From positions 310,001 to 374,000 of the forward strand of contig CM030333.1 in assembly GCA_017654855.1 (NCBI GenBank): 64,000 nt of DNA, given 5' to 3'. The stretch is from Podospora anserina (Eukaryota). Each line of letters opens with the position of its first letter. Position 1 is the first letter of the stretch. The translations under genes and the position numbers were made by a program. Shown here piece after piece: positions 61,750 through 64,000 of the stretch. The notes under the pieces are model-generated. The model was not told where the DNA came from. It saw only the letters and a list, made by a program, of their open reading frames with translations, and searched no databases.

Positions 61750-63999
61750 GGCCTCGTAAGGCTGGGCCGGCTCGGGCAGAGGAGAGGGGATCACAGGGCC
61801 GGGGCCGCCGATGACCGGTGGAGGAGGCGGGACGTAGCTTTGCTCTTCAACATAGCCTCCATCATCAATGGGAGGGGCAGGGGGGTTGCCACCGCCGCAA
61901 TCACTCGGACCACCGTCGTCCTCGGGGCACTCTTCGTGCGGAGCAACTGGGGGAGCCCAATAGTCATCCTCATCATCCGAGTCAGAGTCGGAGTCGGAGC
62001 AAGAGTCGGAGCCAGAGTCGGAGGAAGAGCCACAGTCATAGCCAGAGTCGGAGTCAGAGCCAGAGTCAGACTCATACTCCGGAACATGTGCTGGGACTGG
62101 GACCGGAACCGGCTCGGGGCCCGAGCAGCAAGGGGCCGGTGGCGGATTGGAAGCATTCCCTTGAGGAGCAGGTTGAGGCTGAATATAGTTGGGCTGCTCA
62201 TAAGGAGGAGCCTGGGGTGCTGGAGGTTGGGAATTCTCTGCCTTGGGAGGTTGGGCCGGAGGTTGAGGCTTCCCGCACCCGGGCTGCTCTTCGCACTCGG
62301 GTTTGGGAGGCTGAAGTTGCTGAGGTTGCTGAGGTTGCTGAGGTTGGAGCTGCTGAGGTTGGGGGTGCTGTTGAGGCTGTTGAGGCTTCACACACTTGGT
62401 GGGCTCGTGGTCGGATTCGCTTCCGGAGTCGCAGTCTGAATCCGAATCTGAATCAGAGTCAGACCCGGAGCTGGAATCGCAGTCACCGTCACTGTCATTG
62501 CCCGAGTCGTCCGAGGTGTCCCAGCAGTCATCGTCATCGTCATCGCAGCTAGCGGGCTCCTGGGTATTCACCTCACAGTTGCTGCCCTTGCAGTGCTTAG
62601 CAGGAGGGGCAGGAATGAACGGCCCGCAGTCTGTCCCATTACCGCAGTGAACTGGCGGCGGAGGAGGGCAGTTGTCTCCCTGACAAGGCACGTAAGGCGG
62701 AGGAGGTGGAAGGCAACCAGCTCCTCTGCAAGGAACATAGGGAGGAGGGCAATTGTCCCCATGGCAAGGCACATACGGCGGCGGTACATGGTTGCAGTGT
62801 TCGCCCTCGCAGGGAACAGGAGGCGGGGGCCGGTAACCGCCTGTGGTGTTGAGGTTGACATCCCGCGGGGGGAATGGATGGGCGTGTTCGGGGTAGTTGG
62901 GTTGGCAAGATTGGAACGGAGGGCAGCGGTCAGTATCGATTTCACAGAATGGAGTCCTTCGGTCGCAGTATTGAACAGGGCGGCAAGAATAGCCTTCAGG
63001 GCATCGAGCTCTGTGATAATCATCACCAAGATTGCCGCTGTGGCCGTGACCGCGATCAAACCCAGATCCGTCTTGGCCACCATACCCGTTGCTATGTCCG
63101 TTTCTGTCGAAGCCAGGCACAGGAGGCGGTGGAGGGATCGGAACGCCGTATGGTCCGGTGTCAGGGCGGCCGTCATGATCTGGTAGATGATCGGGAGACA
63201 CCCGAGGAGGGTAGAGAGGGTTGGGGTCGCTGCCATGGTTGTTGCCATTGTGGCCATGGCCGAAGTCATCATGTCCAGACTCATCCTCAAAACGGTCATG
63301 ATCATGACCTCCAAAGCCACTGTCACCATAGGAGGGGAAGCCATGACCGCCGTTGCCGTGACCTCCGGGGAATCCTCCACCATGTCCATCGTGTCCGCCA
63401 TGACCGTCTTGTCCACCATGACCGTGCTGACCACCAGGAACAGGGAATCCGGGGAAAGGATTCCCACCATTATGGTCTTTGTTATCGTGCTTGTTGTCGT
63501 GCTTGTTGTCGTGCTTGTTGTCATGCTTGTGGTCATCGTGCTTGTGGTCATGCTTGTGTTCATTGTGCTTGTCATGCTTGTTGTCATGGTGCTTGTTATC
63601 ATGGTGCTTGTTTTCATGGTGCTTGTTGTCATGGTGCTTGTGGTCGTGCTTATTGTCGTGCTTGTGATCATCGTGCTTGTGATCATCGTGCTTGTGATCA
63701 TCGTGCTTGTCGTTATTGCCGCCTGGAAGATGAGGAATACCTGGGAATGGACTCTTTTCATCTTTGTCCTCATCATGATGCTTATCCTTGTGCTTGTCAT
63801 GCTTGTCGTGCTTGTCATGCTTGTCATGCTTGTCATGCTTGTCATGCTTGTCATGCTTGTGGTCCTTGTGCTTGTGGTCCTTGTGCTTGTGGTCCTTGTG
63901 CTTGTGGTGATGTTTATCATCGTGGTTGTTGTCATCATGGTTGTTGTCACCGTGGTTGTCGTCATGCTGGTTGCCGCCAAATTTGTTGTCCTTGTCCAG
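61552..63999 (-). CDS. His/Asp/Lys-repeat, Cys/Pro-rich, Ser-Asp-rich putative GPI-anchored cell-surface protein; 5' end lies outside the window
   Basis: The frame of ORF 61552-63201 stays open to the window edge (LDKDNKFGGNQHDD...KHKDHKHKDH..(KHD)n..). The C-terminus VYTAGAAVNFQASFGMAGFVAIAVAAIGQVY resembles a GPI signal. Confidence 0.8.
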
Positions 64000-64000
64000 G

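Noticed and set aside
62568..63980. 470-aa Thr/Met/Ser-rich ORF
   Set aside because: Alternative frame of the His/Asp/Lys repeats; the other frame is continuous with the downstream Cys/Pro and GPI-like part

Overview
Eukaryotic DNA from a filamentous ascomycete (Sordariomycete-like, probably Sordariales). This is inferred from short spliceosomal introns with CTRAC branch sites, a dispersed 5S rRNA gene and RIP-like sequence. Bases 1-~2950 are an extremely AT-rich, RIP-degraded block containing a (TTAAAAAAA)n array. Next comes a small decaying island: a multiply disrupted linoleate diol synthase (Ppo/LDS, dioxygenase-P450 fusion) pseudogene head-to-head with a heme-thiolate peroxidase, followed by a variant 5S rRNA gene. 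The rest is ordinary gene-dense sequence: APP1-type phosphatidate phosphatase, GST, cupin, GH31 alpha-glucosidase, a caspase-like/C2H2 zinc-finger fusion protein, MATE transporter, two Zn2Cys6 transcription factors, a patatin lacking its catalytic Ser, a DUF4449-type protein, a MARVEL protein, a DPRVDSD-repeat hydrophilin, Rrn10, ATG5, a large fungal protein with repeated 'L.DF[IL]..GPP' motifs, and a His/Asp-rich, Cys/Pro-rich putative GPI-anchored protein that runs off the right edge. The best candidates for new biology are the Ppo + heme-thiolate peroxidase pair, the caspase-like transcription factor fusion, a tandem splice-donor switch in the repeat protein, and the His-rich surface protein. 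All exon boundaries were read by eye and family calls come from recognising motifs, not from database searches.
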